NCBI RefSeq assembly: GCF_009914755.1
Contig: NC_060928.1
Length of the DNA stretch: 64,000 bases
Origin: the human T2T-CHM13v2.0 reference genome, Homo sapiens
Strand: one strand, 5' to 3'
Part shown: piece after piece, positions 32,629-54,065 of the stretch
Layout of the letters: each line of letters opens with the position of its first letter
How positions within the stretch are numbered: the stretch's first letter is position 1
Made by a program: the position numbers and the translations under genes
The notes under the pieces: generated by a model
What the model saw: only the letters and a program-made list of their open reading frames with translations
Database searches by the model: none
What the model was told of the DNA's origin: nothing

Positions 32629-33862
32629 TCACTATCAGGCAGGAAAATGCAAATTAAAACTACAACTGAAGTACCAATATATACCCACCAGAATAGCTAA
32701 AACTGAAAACCAAAAACAGCATCAAGTGTTGGTAAAGATGTAGAGTGATGGGCACTCTCATACACTCCTAATGGAAATGTAAATTATAAAAACCACTTTG
32801 GAAATCAGTTTTGCATTATGTACTAAAAGTAAATATATCCTATCCAGTGACTCAATGATGCTACTCCTAGGTAATATAACCAACATAAGTATGTCACGCA
32901 TGTGTGTATATGTACATGTTCATGATGGTACTTGAATGTTCACAGCAGCAGTATCTGTAATAGTCCCTTAACACAAATAACACAAACATCTGAAGAATGG
33001 ATAAATTGGGATATATTTATGCAACAGAATACTACACCAGCAATTAAAATGAATAAATTATAGCCACAGGCAACAACATAAATGAATTTCAGAATTGCAA
33101 TATTAAACAAAAGAGGGCAGACACAAAGAATACACTGTGTATGATTCTATTTATATAAAGTTTTAAAAGCAAAACTAATAGATGGTTATAAGTCAAGACA
33201 GTGGATATCTTAGGGAAAAGTGAAAAGGGTAGTGATTGAAAAGGGGCAGAAGGAGAGCTTCTGAGATGCTGAGAATGCTCTATTTGTTAAAGGTGGAGGT
33301 TATATGAGTATGCTTTGTGATGATTTACTTATTTCATATATGTATTATGCTTTTTTTTCTTTATTTCTTCTCATATGTATTATGCTTTGACAAAAAGGGA
33401 AATTTAAAAAAAAATCTCTTTGATGAACACTGTTTCAAATACATGCTTATCATTCTAACCTCATGACCTCTATTTTCATCCCCAGAAATCTGCCTTTGGT
33501 AGCAACTAGAGGTACTCAGTGTCATATTTAAAGAGAGAAGGGAAATATCAGAAGAAAAAAAATCTATTAGATGTTAAACAGGTGAGTATTTTCTTTGTGT
33601 AATGTACCTGTTTGCTTTTGTCATGAATTTATAGTCTTCTCTGAAGTGAAAAGTAATCTGTTAAACTCCCAATGTTAAAAAAGTAATACATCTTTCAAGT
33701 AAAATACTTTTGTTATTTAGTTTTGAGATATTATGCTTCTTGTCAATTTACTGTACTCCTTTTTAACTTATAACTGTATAAACAACTATACTATTTTCAC
33801 AAAATGTAGTATTAACATAAAGAAAATGATTTGGCAAAATGCAACTATAAAAATATTTTTAC

Positions 33863-34036
33863 CTGCAAGAAGTCAATCTGCATACACGTGCTAGGTAACT
33901 CTGGTGTCTCTGTCATAAAGTTTTCATACTCAGTGCTATCTGGAAACTGACTGCATCCTAGCTGTGAGCTGTGTCCTCTGACCATTACACCACTAGTAGC
34001 TGATCCTTTTACTTGATGTCCTTGAAACTCAACAGG
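33863..34036 (-). CDS. ZGRF1: ZGRF1 exon 10 (PVEFQGHQVKG...MQIDFLQ)
   Basis: 174 nt open, phase 0-0, ctgtag|CCT and CAG|gtaaaa. Confidence 0.9.
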
Positions 34037-34167
34037 CTACAGGTAAATTATTAAAAATAAGAACTGCATAACTATATGTTGACATATATATTCACAAAGT
34101 AAACACACAGAATACAATACATAATTCAGCTTTTTATTACAGGAACTATTGTAAATACCAGGAACTA

Positions 34168-34621
<454 letters not shown>

Positions 34622-35121
34622 TTATTACAAGCATAAAGATGAGTATAATAATAATAGCTAATTAAACCAGAAATATTTAGTTGCTTCTCAATGCTTCCAC
34701 TATATATTATACAACTATGCATTACATACAATACTATATATTATAGACTCACAACTTCATACTTCAATGAAGTTTTTCCTTATTTCTGTACTAATTGTAC
34801 TGTAAGCCCCTTGTGAGCAGAGATGTTTTGCTTCATCTAGGTACCACACAGTACTTGGTATACAGGAAGCAATAAATAAACAGCCAGTAACAGAAAGGGA
34901 ACAATGAGAAAGAATGCAAACAGCATTTCTCTTTACTTAGGGGTTTTGTAAAATATCAGGCTCAACTGCAGGATGGGTGGTGGACTCTCTGCCTCTCAGT
35001 AGAAAGATGTGATATCCTACTGCTCTGAGAGCAAAAGCCTAAGAGTGTGATTCCAATGTAGACATGTTCCTTAGACAGGCTCTTTCACTCAGTCTGTTTT
35101 CAGGCTTCAAATGGCTTTCTC

Positions 35122-35140
35122 TGCTGCCCCCTGGAGGGTT
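35122..35140 (-). promoter_or_regulatory. Candidate CTCF binding motif
   Basis: Minus strand AACCCTCCAGGGGGCAGCA matches CC.C.AGGGGGCAG core; in non-repeat intronic DNA. Confidence 0.55.
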
Positions 35141-35422
35141 CTAGGATTTTTTACTCCATACAAAGTAAAGCTTACCCAAAATGTGGAAAAATAAGACTGT
35201 AACAGAGTCAAAGGAATGTAGGTAAAGGATTAATTCATTTTTAACTAACAAAATGACAGTAATATATAATTTGAATATACTCTTATTCAAAAATGAAGAA
35301 CTGTAAATCACACATTTGAAAGAAAAATCTAATTTAAATGCCCCTTTAATAGGACTTTGGTGGAAAATATTCTTCTGAATTTAAAAATAAACATTGCAAT
35401 AAAAATGAGTCTCAACTGTTAA

Positions 35423-35803
<381 letters not shown>

Positions 35804-36346
35804 TAGGTACCTTGCCTTCTATGCTGCCATGTAGATCTCTTCCAGAGGTGTGTTGGGTTTTAGGAGTAGAACTGCTATTTACAAAACCCATCCATTTTTA
35901 TGCTGTTGTCTTTGTTAATTTTTGATATAGAATAGGTAGCACTACTTAGATGTTGGTTACGTATACTTCTATATACTCAGAAGTATAAGTGGCAGAATAG
36001 ACTATAATAAGTTAAAGGGTATAAAGATACTCATTTTGTTCCCCACAGAGTATTCATTAATTTTACTCTACATGGCTTTGTGTCCAACCCCTAGAGTATC
36101 CTATGTACGGAAGGATAATGTAAACACTGTTATTATTAGCTCATTAGTAGTATAGAGAAAGTTTAAGACCAAAAAGGGGGGCAGGAGTCATTAAATAGTT
36201 TTTCTTGTTCTTAAAACCAGACTTATTTATTATGCTACTAACCTTCTGCCTGTGAAAACTCTGATACTTGTTTTTTTGTTTTTTTGTTTTAAACAGAAAA
36301 GAAAATGTAGTTGGTTAAATAAATCGATGTTCTTCACAAATTTTAC

Positions 36347-36430
36347 CTTAGGGTCACAGGTTTTTCTCTCTATTTGTTTAGGAATAACAGCTTGAAAAGC
36401 AGTCTCTTCTTTACTTCCCGAGGAAGAGAA
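36347..36430 (-). CDS. ZGRF1: ZGRF1 exon 9 (FSSSGSKEETAFQAVIPKQIERKTCDPK)
   Basis: 84 nt, phase 0-0, tcctag|TTC and AAG|gtaaaa. Confidence 0.9.
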
Positions 36431-36719
36431 CTAGGATAAAATATGAATAAGTTATCTAGTTAGCTAGAATAGTTTCACAGGTGATTCATGATTTTGATGG
36501 AAAAATAATTGCAAAACTTAAGTTTGCCCTGTGAAAACACACTTGCCATCTCTATCTTGCTTCTGTCTACACACACATACAAGCTAGCTCTCCCTGGCAA
36601 AGGGGTACTTTAGCAGGTAAGTCACTATGCTAATTAATTTGAAAACTTAGCACATTAGAAAATTCTGATTCTAAATTTTTAATTAAATCTTTGAACACTA
36701 GAAAAAAATGCCAGGTATA

Positions 36720-37044
<325 letters not shown>

Positions 37045-37462
37045 TCACCTGTCAAACCTAATACTATGTTAATGCAGATCATCTATTTTAAAATTAGTAA
37101 GAAATGAAAGGAAGAAAAATTGAAAAAGTGTAATTGACTATTTGAAGAATGAATCATCTCCTAGCAATCACAAAACACGATACTGACAACAGCAACAAGT
37201 CATTTTTAGTTCATCAAGTAATATACAAAATAACCATAATTTTTCATATGACTTGGATAGACACAGAAAATGAATTCAACTACAAAAGTAATTGTTTAAA
37301 TGTTTAACAAATATGAAGAAAAAACACTTCCCCAACAGACCAGAGATAAAGTAGTATATTTCTTCAAATAATGGTCACTTTCCTTTAATAACACTTATAT
37401 ATAAGCACAACTGCCAACCAAGTAGCTCTTAAAAATATTCAACCTATATTTTAGAATTAGAA

Positions 37463-37772
37463 TTTTTTCTTTTTTTTTTAAGAGACAGGGTCTTGCTCTG
37501 TCACCCAGGCTGGAGTGCAGTGGCGCAATCGTTGTTCACTGAAGCCTTGACCTCTGGGATCAAGTAATCCTCCTGCTTCAACCTCTTGAGTAACTGGGAC
37601 TACAAGCATGTGCCACCATGCCACCTAATTATTTTTATTTAAAAAAATTTTTTTTAGAGTTGGAGTCTCACTGTATTGCCCACACTGATCTCAAACTCCT
37701 GGCCTCAAATGATACCCCTGTCTTGGCTTCCCAAAGTGTTGGGATTACCCGTGTGAGCCACTGTGCCAAGCC
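37463..37772 (-). mobile_element. Alu (J type)
   Basis: Antisense Alu match. Confidence 0.92.
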
Positions 37773-37993
37773 AGAATTACAATTTTCTAATATACAGTTT
37801 TCAAAATTAATTCGCATACTACCTTCTCGCAAGAATAGCTCTTTTGCAATATGTAGTTAATTATACTTTTAAAAATGAGGCAGAAGTGGCATTAAGGGTA
37901 TCTTCAAAGAACACACTGTTTTGAAAGTTCCTTCTACCACCAACATACATAAAGAGGTTGTTTCAGAGAGTTGTAGTAAGAAGAGCCATTATA

Positions 37994-38302
<309 letters not shown>

Positions 38303-38659
38303 TTACAAAAATACAAATGTACTCCTATCTTAAAGCTAAAAACAGATTTAAATAATTTTTATTGCAATAGATTATTAAGACCTTTTCATTACTGTGAGAT
38401 GACAGCATATTTTTATTGTCTTGTTAATAAGAGGGGGATCATACTATGTCATATTATGTGGTCCAGGCTGGACTCTATCTCAACTCAAACGATCCTCCTG
38501 CCTCAGCCTCCTGAGTAACTGAGATTATAGGCACGGGCCACTGCTCCCGGCTTCAACAGACTTTTAAAAAATATATGATATCTAAGTGGCAACTCATTCT
38601 AAGCGAAAAAATAATGATAGTGTTTATCTGTAGTTTATACTCTGTGATACCTGTCCTTA

Positions 38660-38979
<320 letters not shown>

Positions 38980-39396
38980 TTAAACCTTATTTTTTCAAGT
39001 GAAAAAAAGACAAAAACGTGATCATTTGTAAGCTAAATTTTGTAGTTGCCAATTGTTTATAATTTTATATGTGTAATCTTGTTACATAAGAATGAAAAAT
39101 GGCAAGTAGCCATAATACAGGTGTTTTCTTTTTATTTTGTTCTGTTTTAGGCAACAGAGCTATAGGGATAATTGTCAATGACCCATGGGTTTGGTAATGT
39201 TTGCAAGTTTGCAAAACTAACTTCATGGTAAAGAATTTGTTATTTAACCAAATTATATTGATCATATAGTACATTTATACTAAATGAAAATCACTACAAA
39301 TGATTTCAAAAACTGACAATATATAATACAAACTTAGATGTATTTATTAACTTAAAATTACATGCCATACCTCTATATACAAATATAATTGGCTAA

Positions 39397-39690
<294 letters not shown>

Positions 39691-39717
39691 GGCTAATTTA
39701 TATTTTAAATAACTTAC

Positions 39718-39768
39718 CTGCACAGACTGAAGTGGTTCACTTAGTTCAACTTCATCTTCTTTTAGTAT
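39718..39768 (-). CDS. ZGRF1: ZGRF1 exon 8 (ILKEDEVELSEPLQSVQ)
   Basis: 51 nt, phase 0-0, cctaag|ATA acceptor, CAG|gtaagt donor. Confidence 0.88.
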
Positions 39769-39861
39769 CTTAGGAATAGAATATTAATTTTAGATAAACT
39801 AATAGGCAATAATAATTTAGAAAACAAAAATATAAATTTCTATTAGACTTAAGAAATACTA

Positions 39862-40500
<639 letters not shown>

Positions 40501-40627
40501 AAATCCTGATAAAACAGTATTGTCATTTAGCAAGAATTTAAAAAGCTTACAACGGTACTAGTAAAAATGAAGTAAAATAAATATTCTAATTGTAAAACAT
40601 TAAAATTTTTATATTTGAAAATATCAT

Positions 40628-40987
<360 letters not shown>

Positions 40988-41308
40988 TTACTTCTACTTC
41001 TGGAATCAAATCTAAGGAAAAAACTTAAAATGCAAACAATGATTTATGTGTAAAAACATTTATTAAAGTGTTACTTATAATAGCAAAATGCTGGAAATTA
41101 TTTAAATGACCAAAACAGAGAACTATTTGTCCAAAGCACAAGATAGCCATAGGATGGATGGTAAATAACTTTTAAAAAGTATGTTTAAGAAGAATTATTA
41201 ATAATGTAAGATAATACAACGATATTAAGGGGAAAGGATATAAAACTATTTATATACATCAATCTAACCATTTTTTTTAACTGGACACAAAAAAATCTGG
41301 AAACATTA

Positions 41309-41785
<477 letters not shown>

Positions 41786-41957
41786 CTACTTTCTTTTGTT
41801 CCAAACATGTCTGTAGAAAGACCAGTGCCATATAATGAAAGAACTGACCCTCCAAAAGTGCTAACAGCATCCCCATTGAGTGAGAAACACTCATCTAGAT
41901 GATTTATCCTAGAATTTCAATTCATCCTAATTAGAACTATTATTTTTTATATAACTA

Positions 41958-42787
<830 letters not shown>

Positions 42788-42862
42788 CTATAATTCTATT
42801 ACAAATTATAGAACATTCTTATCAAAATAAAAAAAACATACTCTTAGAAAAAAAACCTGTAC

Positions 42863-42927
42863 CTGTTGAGAATCCTTGTGCAGATGAGGAGACTTTGGTG
42901 AAACTACTGTAATAAATGGTTTCCTCA
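42863..42927 (-). CDS. ZGRF1: ZGRF1 exon 7 (VRKPFITVVSPKSPHLHKDSQQ)
   Basis: 65 nt, phase 1-0, pyrimidine tract + tacag acceptor, CAG|gtacag donor. Confidence 0.9.
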
Positions 42928-43350
42928 CTGTAATGGAGAAAAGAAATAATCATATCATTGTTATATATAGCAGTACTCTAAAATTTAACTTATTCCTAAA
43001 ACCAAAACAAGGAATATAACTTAAATTTTAAGATCAGACAATCTTGGTAATTGTTCAATCTGGAATGTAGCACTTGAGGATTCACTGTACTGTTCTCTGT
43101 TTAGATTAAAACATTTTTATGATAAAAATTTTAAAATATTTAGAATGAAAGCCTTTTTGTTTACTTTCTAAGTCAATAGTAGGAATGTTTCCTTGTACTC
43201 CTTTTTTACACTAATTAAAAAATAAATACTAACCCAATAGTTAATAACCTATACTAAAAATGCTAAAAATGAAGTACCGGACAACTGTTAGGAAAGAAAG
43301 TCAAGACTCCCAGTATACTGTTGCTATGTACAAACAGAAAAGAAAAACAG

Positions 43351-43650
<300 letters not shown>

Positions 43651-44616
43651 GCACTTCATGCTATTTCTAGTCTATCTTAAATCCATTTTTACTATGGCTT
43701 AAGAAAAAAATTCTATATTCTAAAAAATTCACTCAACAATTATTTTCCAAGTGCAGTGTGCCAGGCACTAGGGAAATAGCAGTGAACAAGACAAAAAAAA
43801 ATTCCTTGAAAAAAGAGAGACACAAAAGACAAACAAATAACTAAACCAGATAAATTCAGATTATGATACAAAAGGGTATCTCATTGAACAGTGATATGAT
43901 ACAGAACGATTTTTGATACAGGAATTAGGAAAAGTTTCTCATGGGAAGTAACATTTAAGTTGAGATGAAGAAAAAACTCAGCTATGACAAGGGTAAAAGT
44001 GTTCGGGTAAAAGGCTGAATACAAAACAGCAGAAAAGTTGGCAAGCCTGCAGAATGCAAAGGAGTGCAGGGTGGCTAGTTTTGCCACCTTATCAGGTATC
44101 CATTTAAAAATAGAAATTTTTTTTCTTAAAAAAAAGTACATATTCAATAATCTCCTCTTCTAAAATCACAAAAAGACTAATTTTAAAGTGATAATTACGG
44201 TAAAAAATCATAGCTATAACTAGTGTAAACTTCATTTTTAGGCAATTGCTATTTATGATTTCATTGTTTTCCTGCTAAAATTCAGAATAAAATAAAAAAT
44301 AATTTTGGAACTTGACATTTCTAACAAGTTTTTTTAAAACACCAGATGAAAATTGATATTGTTTTCCTTTACTGCCTTTGCTCCAGAAAAACATTCTAAA
44401 TTAACATTTCTAAGCTATATACAATTATCTCACAAAAAATTTAGAGTTTTAACACTTTCGCACATTCTAAATTGGTGGCAAAATTTCTTCTTCTCTAATT
44501 TTGCTTTAAACTTCATAAAAGTATGTTATACCCTAGTGATTCAATCTTCTCAAACTGTCTCAAGCAACCAACTTAATCCTTTTTAGAGAAATATATTTGT
44601 ATCAAAAAAGCAAATT

Positions 44617-45522
<906 letters not shown>

Positions 45523-45573
45523 TAATTTTCTTTCCAACTTGATGACAGAAACCAGCTGGTTTCCCAAAACTAA

Positions 45574-46273
<700 letters not shown>

Positions 46274-46576
46274 ACTTACTTTTAATATTTTAGAAAATAA
46301 ACTAACAATTATCTTCAAACTTAACTACATTTCAAAGAATCATTTTAGTAGGTACAATAAGTTAATTTATATTTTTCTCAGGAATCACATGAGATACTCA
46401 AAAGTTCAATTTTACCTTTTGATTTGTGAACTTTATAAATTTGTAAAGGTTTCTTACTAGCAGTAATATTGATATAACAATTTGGAAGCTATCTTGTATT
46501 GCAGATTTGAGAAGGTATACTGATACTGGGAGCCAGGATCCTTTCATATTGTGAGAGTACAGAAACACAATTATGG

Positions 46577-47440
<864 letters not shown>

Positions 47441-47778
47441 ATTGACATATACACACACATACATACATATATATGTACGTTTTTTGACATATATTCACAT
47501 AAATGTGCCAATATATGCTTATATACGCATAGAATATTTATGGAAGGATATTCTAGAAGAAAACTGTAGCTAATTCTGAAGGGTAGAATAAGGGATGTGG
47601 TTGGATGGGGACTTTTCATTGCTACTATTCTCTATTAATATTGGTTTTACCAAGTACATGTATTACCTATTTAAACACTATGTAATTCTTTAATGTATCA
47701 CCCAGAGCTAATATCTTCTTTCTTTATAGCTCAAAGACCTATAAAGAAAACATTCCAAAATAGACATGCAATTCTAAC

Positions 47779-50029
47779 CTTCAGGAGGGCTATCTGGCTC
47801 ATACGTCTGTTGAGTTCCTTGCTGAAAGACAGTATTTTTCTTTTTCAATATTTCCAAGCTGTCTAAAGCAGTACTGTGTTCACATAGCGACTTTAAAATA
47901 GAAATGGTATTTACTAATCCAGAAAGTTCTGAAGAATTTCTAGGATTCCAGTATTGTTTGCCTTCTCTGGCAGTTTCAACCTCAACATGGTCAGGGGGTG
48001 GACTTCTAATCTTTCCCAAATCTTCAGGTTCAGATATATGTGCTTCTGTGTCTTTGGAAATAAGATGCTTTTTTCCCAGTGGGTAAAACAAAGAATTGGA
48101 AATGTGGGTATTTGATTTATCAAGTGCAATACATTCATAGTGATTCTGATTGGTATTTAATAGTTGGACACTGTTGTCACTACTAGAAGTTGAGGGTAAA
48201 ACATGTTCATCATTTTTGTCTAAGTCACTTCCCAAAATAAAAGGCTGAGGTTGAGCATCTTCTGAAAATAGATTACTGTTTTCAGCAATCTGGTTTTGAA
48301 TATGAGGAATATGTAAATTCATGTTTATACCTTTAGATTTATTCGGGGGTAAAGCAAAATCATAGTTAATTCTGACTTCTTGAATAGGTTTATTAGCATC
48401 TTCTTTATTATCTCCGTATACAGCATCAGTCCACTTGAAAGATTCAAAATTGCTTAATGTGTCACTATACTCCTCTATTTCTTTTCCTGTGTTTTCAGTT
48501 TTACATATTCCCATGTCAAAACCCACATAAGTTTTATCACAAAACTGTGATGGCAGAGTCTCTTTAACAGGAAATGTCACTGTAGGTTTGTCACTAACAG
48601 ATGTTAAGAATGGCAAATGTTCACCCTCAATCTCTTCACAGTTTGTATTCTCAGACCTCTTTTGAAAACATGAATTGCCATCATTAACCAAAATGTCCTT
48701 TACCCAACTCTCTGAATCCTGGGAAATTTTGTTGCTTTCCTGTGATTCCTCCTCAGTGTCACTGGTCTCAAAATTGTTCAGATTAAAAGTTACCTCCAAA
48801 AATGGTTGTGTTACATTACTCAGAGATTCATGAATACTATTAAGACTTTCATTATCCATTTTACTTTCAGAAATCATGTCTGTAATGTCATCAGAGATCC
48901 TAGAATTATTACTAGATTCAATTTGGAGATGTTTCAGTTCTGGCAGAGATGACTCTGATTGTTCATACTCCTTTTCCAGTGTTCCACATGTATTTACCTC
49001 CTGAGCATTTTCTTTAATGAGAACTGATCCTTTAATGCACCCCTTGTCATTTTGATTAAAAGGTATTTTATTATCTTCTTGAATGTCAGATTCTGATAAT
49101 ATACCATCATTTTCTGCACTGCTACAAGTAACCTGTAAGCTACTGCTTTCATTGAATGAAGGAATTTCTAATTTTACTTCCTGATTCCAGGATGGATCAT
49201 TATTACCGACTGACTGGTCTACATTATACTTTTTCCTCTCTTCAGCATACGTTTCAACGAACTGTATAATTTTTTGTAATGAAAGGTCTTTCAAATTAGA
49301 ATTTACATCATCTTCCTGGGCCTTGGGTTTCCTTTCTGTATCATTCCCATCTACAGTAGAAGAATGTATAGGTGAACTCTGTGAGGATAAATACATGGCC
49401 CACCGGCTTTTATTTCTCATGGTATTTTCTGATTGATGCTGGTAGTATAAATTTTCTGTGCTCTTCATCTCAGCACACTCTTCCTGTTGAATTAGGTACT
49501 TTGGTTTAGTAGCAATTTTTAAACTTCCTTGTGGTTGTTTTTGAGGAAAATGCTCTGTCATCTCAGAATTTAGTTCCTCACATGAACTAGATGATTCGGA
49601 CTTCAGAAGAGCTAATATCTGTGCTTTGCTTCTGATGTTTTGTGAAACTCCTGAATAGTGAGATGCCAAACTATCTCTTTTCACAGGCTCATTGGTCAGT
49701 AAAGAGTCTGAAAGCTTATTTCCAGAATTGACAGGTGAGCAAAAATAATTTTCTTCACACAGCACTTCTGGGTTAATCTGGAAGGATGGAGAAAAAACCG
49801 AAGAAAAATCCATGGCATTTCTCTCCCTGTTCTTGTAAGTCACAATGTTCTCAGGGTCTGCCAGTATATTATTTACATCTTTCTTGCCAACAGTAGGAAA
49901 CAAAGGAGGCATGCTGCAGAATGGAGAAAAAATAGTAGGGCCAGTTTTCTTAGCCTCATGTGATGCAGCTGATTCACCACTTTCCATAATAACCATTTTC
50001 TTTGGAACCTGACGTGGTCCTTGAAAACC
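47779..50029 (-). CDS. ZGRF1: ZGRF1 exon 6, 2251-nt exon encoding S/E/N-rich region (aa ~118-868)
   Basis: Contains 740-aa ORF 47774-49996; tttcag|GGT acceptor, GAAG|gttaga donor, phase 0-1. Confidence 0.97.
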
Positions 50030-50340
50030 CTGAAAATATTAAAATAACTGTTAGGTGTACCATTACCCATTAAGAAAATGTGAAATGAACTGGCTAAGAA
50101 AAAAAAAGGAGAAGGATTGTTTCTGGTTTGCCTAAGGTAAAGTAATAATTCAGATTTAAAGTTTGTCAAAGTACATTCATTTGTAATAAGATTTTTCAAA
50201 GTAGGGTTTACTTCCTTTCTACCTAAGTATACTATGAAGTGCCCTTTGAATGACAGAGTACAATAACTTCAAAATTCACTACTTTTCGAGACAATTTTAT
50301 AAATATATTTTGATATATTATTTTCCATAGCAAAACTTAC

Positions 50341-50529
50341 AGTAAACTTCCTTTTTAAGCCAGAGGGCTGACATCCAAGAGATCGGCCAGAGGATATAAA
50401 TGTCCTTGAATTTAACTCTGGTGCTTCTTTATTGACATTCTGCTTAACAATACCTATGGCTCCAGCAACTTTAACCTCTTCAACTGTGATTAAGTATCGA
50501 TCACTTTCTAAGTCATCTCCAGGTTTCAC
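50341..50529 (-). CDS. ZGRF1: ZGRF1 exon 5 (VKPGDDLESDRY...GLKRKFT)
   Basis: 189 nt, phase 0-0, tttcag|GTG and ACT|gtaagt; overlaps ORF 50269-50529. Confidence 0.96.
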
Positions 50530-50770
50530 CTGAAAGAATAAATGTCAAAATCACATACATCTAATTATTTGATTATCTATGTATTCCAGGATGCTCACTA
50601 GCACTAAGACACAATGGGTGTTCAATAAATAGGTGTTGAACGAATAAATCAGTAACTAAAGTCTTCAATTATTTATTATTATGTACTCATTAACTATCAA
50701 TAAGCACAAAAAAGGACAATAATATAATTTTAAAATTTCTCTGATTTGTTTATTCAACAACACATATTAG

Positions 50771-51380
50771 AGCTAGGCGTGGTAGCTCACACCCGTAATC
50801 GCAAGACTTTGGGAGACCAAGGCAAGAGGATTGCTTGAGGCCAAGATTATGAGACCAGCCTGGGCAAAATATTGAGATCCTGTCTCTACAAAAAATTTTT
50901 ATTTTAAATTAGCCTGGGCTGGATGGGATGGCTTATGCCTGTAATCCCAGCACTAAGGACACCAAGGCAGGGGGATTGCTTGAAGCCAGGAGGTCAAGAC
51001 CACCCTAGTCAACATAGCAAGACCCTGTCTCTACAAAAAACTTTTAAAAAAATTAGCCATGCATGGTGGCATGCACCTATAGTCCCAGCTATTTGGGGGG
51101 AATGAGGTGGGAGGATGATTTCAGACTAGGAGGTCAAGGCTGCAGTGAGCAGTTTTCACACCACTGCTCTCTAGCCTAGGTGACAGAGTGAGACCCTGTC
51201 TCAAAAAAAAAAAAAAAAAAATTAGCCAGGCATGGTGGCATGTTCCTACAGTCTCAGCTACTTGAAAGGCTGAGGTGGAAGGATCCCTTGAGCCCAGGAG
51301 TTTGAGGCTGTAGTAAGCTATGATCACACTGCCATACTCCAACCTGGATGACAGAGTGAGACAATGTCTCTAAAAACAAA
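50771..51380 (+). mobile_element. AluJ split by a second nested AluJ
   Basis: Left monomer, full Alu (~50917-51220), right monomer. Confidence 0.88.
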
Positions 51381-51706
51381 ATTAAATTAGTAAATAAATA
51401 TTACATACTGGGGACCTATATAAGGCCCCTTGTTACATGCTAGGGATACAAAGACAAACAAGAACAAAATGCCCCCTCCCAAGCAATTCACTTAGAATCC
51501 ATACAACTAAGTGTAACTTTTCAAAAATTAGAGTTATTACCAACTATATATCTTTAAATGAATAAGATACTCATAATTATCACAAATTAAACATTATTAT
51601 AAATCATTAGTTGCTTAATCATATTCCAAAAATGCATTTTAATCATGTTAATGAGCAAATGTAGTACTTGCCACCACCTCTGACTGCAGCATAAAAATAA
51701 GATTAT

Positions 51707-52008
<302 letters not shown>

Positions 52009-52070
52009 TATCAGCTGAATTTGAAAATATACAAACTCTATATCAGATTAATATTTTACTAATGAAATGA

Positions 52071-52397
<327 letters not shown>

Positions 52398-52574
52398 TTA
52401 CCACCAATCAGACCATATACTAAGATACTGATTCTCCTAGACCCTTTTAAAAATATATAAAAGTAACATAACCACTACTGATGTCATGTAAAATTTCAAA
52501 ATGAATATTATGGCCAAAAATCAACATCGTCATCATCATAGTATGCATTTTAACACATTTAGAATCACTGTACT

Positions 52575-52890
<316 letters not shown>

Positions 52891-53155
52891 CTAACTAAAA
52901 CTGCTAGGCACTTTACAGAAATTATTTCTAACCTTCAGACCGACCCTGTAAAATCTGTCTGTGATCTACATTTTACATCAGAGAAGTTAGACATAGAGAG
53001 TTTAGGTGGGCCAGGAAGTATTTAGAACTGGGAAATGAACCCAGAATGACCAACTTTAATATCCTAACTCTTCACTAAAATATGCCTTTAGTTCTCTTTC
53101 CATGCTTTTTCCTCTTTGAGAGGAAAAACACAAACTATGTATTTGACAGAATATT

Positions 53156-53752
53156 TATGTATTTATTTTTAACCTTTAAGTTCAGGAGTACATGTGCAGG
53201 TTTGTTATATAGGTAAACCCGTGTCATGGCGGTTTATTATACAGATTATTTCATCACCCAAGTATTAAGTCTAGTACCCATTATTTTTCCTGATCCTCTT
53301 CCTCCTCCTACCCTCTCTCCGTTTTTCAGTAGGCTTCAATGTCTGTTGTTCCCGTTTGTCCATGCATTCTCATCATTTAGCTCCCACTTACATGTAAGAA
53401 CATGTAATATTTGGTTCCCACTTACATGTGAGAACATGTAATATTTGGTTTTCTATGTCCCTGCATTAGTTTGCTAAGGATAATGACCTCCAGCTCCATC
53501 CATATTCCTGCAAAAGAACATGATCTCATTCTTTTTTATGGCTGTATAATATTTCATGGTGTATTTCTATCTCATTTTCTTTATCCAGTCTATCACTGAT
53601 AGGCATTTAGGCTGATTCCATGTCTTTGCTATTGTGAATAGTGCTACAATGAACATACACATACATGTGTCTTTATGGTAGAACAACTTATATTCCTTTG
53701 GGTATATACCCAGTTATAGTACTCCTGGGTTGAATGGTAGTTCTCTTTTTGG
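53156..53752 (-). mobile_element. 5'-truncated older L1PA (L1PA13-16-like) 3' end
   Basis: taagttcaggagtacatgtgcaggtttgttatataggtaaa terminus; TSD tga(c/g)agaatatt at 53144-53155 and 53753-53764. Confidence 0.85.
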
Positions 53753-53824
53753 TGAGAGAATATTATACTTAAATGAGAATATGTCACAAAAAATTTCCCA
53801 CAGTAGACCTCTGCCTATGAAAAA

Positions 53825-54065
53825 ATCATGTAGTAGAATTAGACTCTAGAATCACCTCCTAGGATCAAATTTCAGCCTTCCTACCACTGTTACTCTATGA
53901 ACATAAGCAAGTTACTTAACCTTTCTGCACTGCACTCCTAATCTATAAAAATCAGGTTTTTTTTAGATCATAAAAAATCAGTTGTAGAGATTAAAGGAAA
54001 CAATATCTAAAAGGTTTTAGCACAAAGTCTAGCTATAATGTTCAACAAATACTATTAGTATTAAT
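53825..54065 (+). mobile_element. MIR
   Basis: gcaagttacttaacctttctg...atctataaaa core. Confidence 0.65.

Noticed and set aside
49873-50199. 108-aa and other overlapping alternative-frame ORFs around exon 6
   Set aside because: Cross splice boundaries or use non-ATG starts; expected by chance
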